64,000 nt of DNA from Ginglymostoma cirratum (taxonomy: Eukaryota). The DNA is taken from positions 52,062,978 through 52,126,977 of the forward strand of contig JAHRHZ010000013.1 of assembly GCA_024137785.1 (NCBI GenBank), given 5' to 3'. Positions 63,801-64,000 of the stretch are shown here, piece after piece (positions within the stretch are counted from its first letter, which is position 1; every line of letters starts with the position of its first letter). The notes under the pieces are model-generated. The model was not told the DNA's origin. It made no database searches and saw only the letters and a list, made by a program, of their open reading frames with translations. The translations under genes and the position numbers were made by a program.

Positions 63801-64000
63801 TTTCCTGATGATCTTATGATTTGTGATATTATTCAAGTTGCCACGATTGGCATCTAATGATGTCTGACACCTCTGTGATTATGTGATTCAGATTAAATGT
63901 TGTTATTGACAATTCACTTCCACCAATCTTCCTTTATACACTTTTTTCGAGGCCTATCTAGTGATCAGTGGTACAGGATACAATGTAATTGAGTTATTAA

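Overview
Repeat-rich vertebrate intergenic or deep-intronic DNA, almost certainly elasmobranch (shark or ray). That host call is inferred from many HE1-type V-SINEs and their CR1-clade partner LINE. I found no recognisable host exon, rRNA, true tRNA or CRISPR array, and most ORFs in the track are TE fragments, antisense frames or noise. The window is a mosaic of CR1 LINE pieces, at least three tRNA-derived SINE types, a second LINE family, a Tigger/pogo element with TIRs, decayed PIF/Harbinger genes (transposase and Myb/SANT) and three families of Penelope-like elements (PLEs), one of them a young, nearly intact RT plus GIY-YIG copy. The most notable observations are: (1) minimal hammerhead ribozymes with family-specific compensatory stems, also present as short palindromic fold-back insertions with their own 12-14 bp target-site duplications; (2) a decayed endogenous retrovirus 3' half (integrase tail, splice acceptor, env with a frameshifted CWVC motif, TM anchor, PPT, LTR start); (3) four local duplications of different ages, three of them inverted. 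Boundaries and identities were read by eye and are approximate unless exact motifs are quoted.
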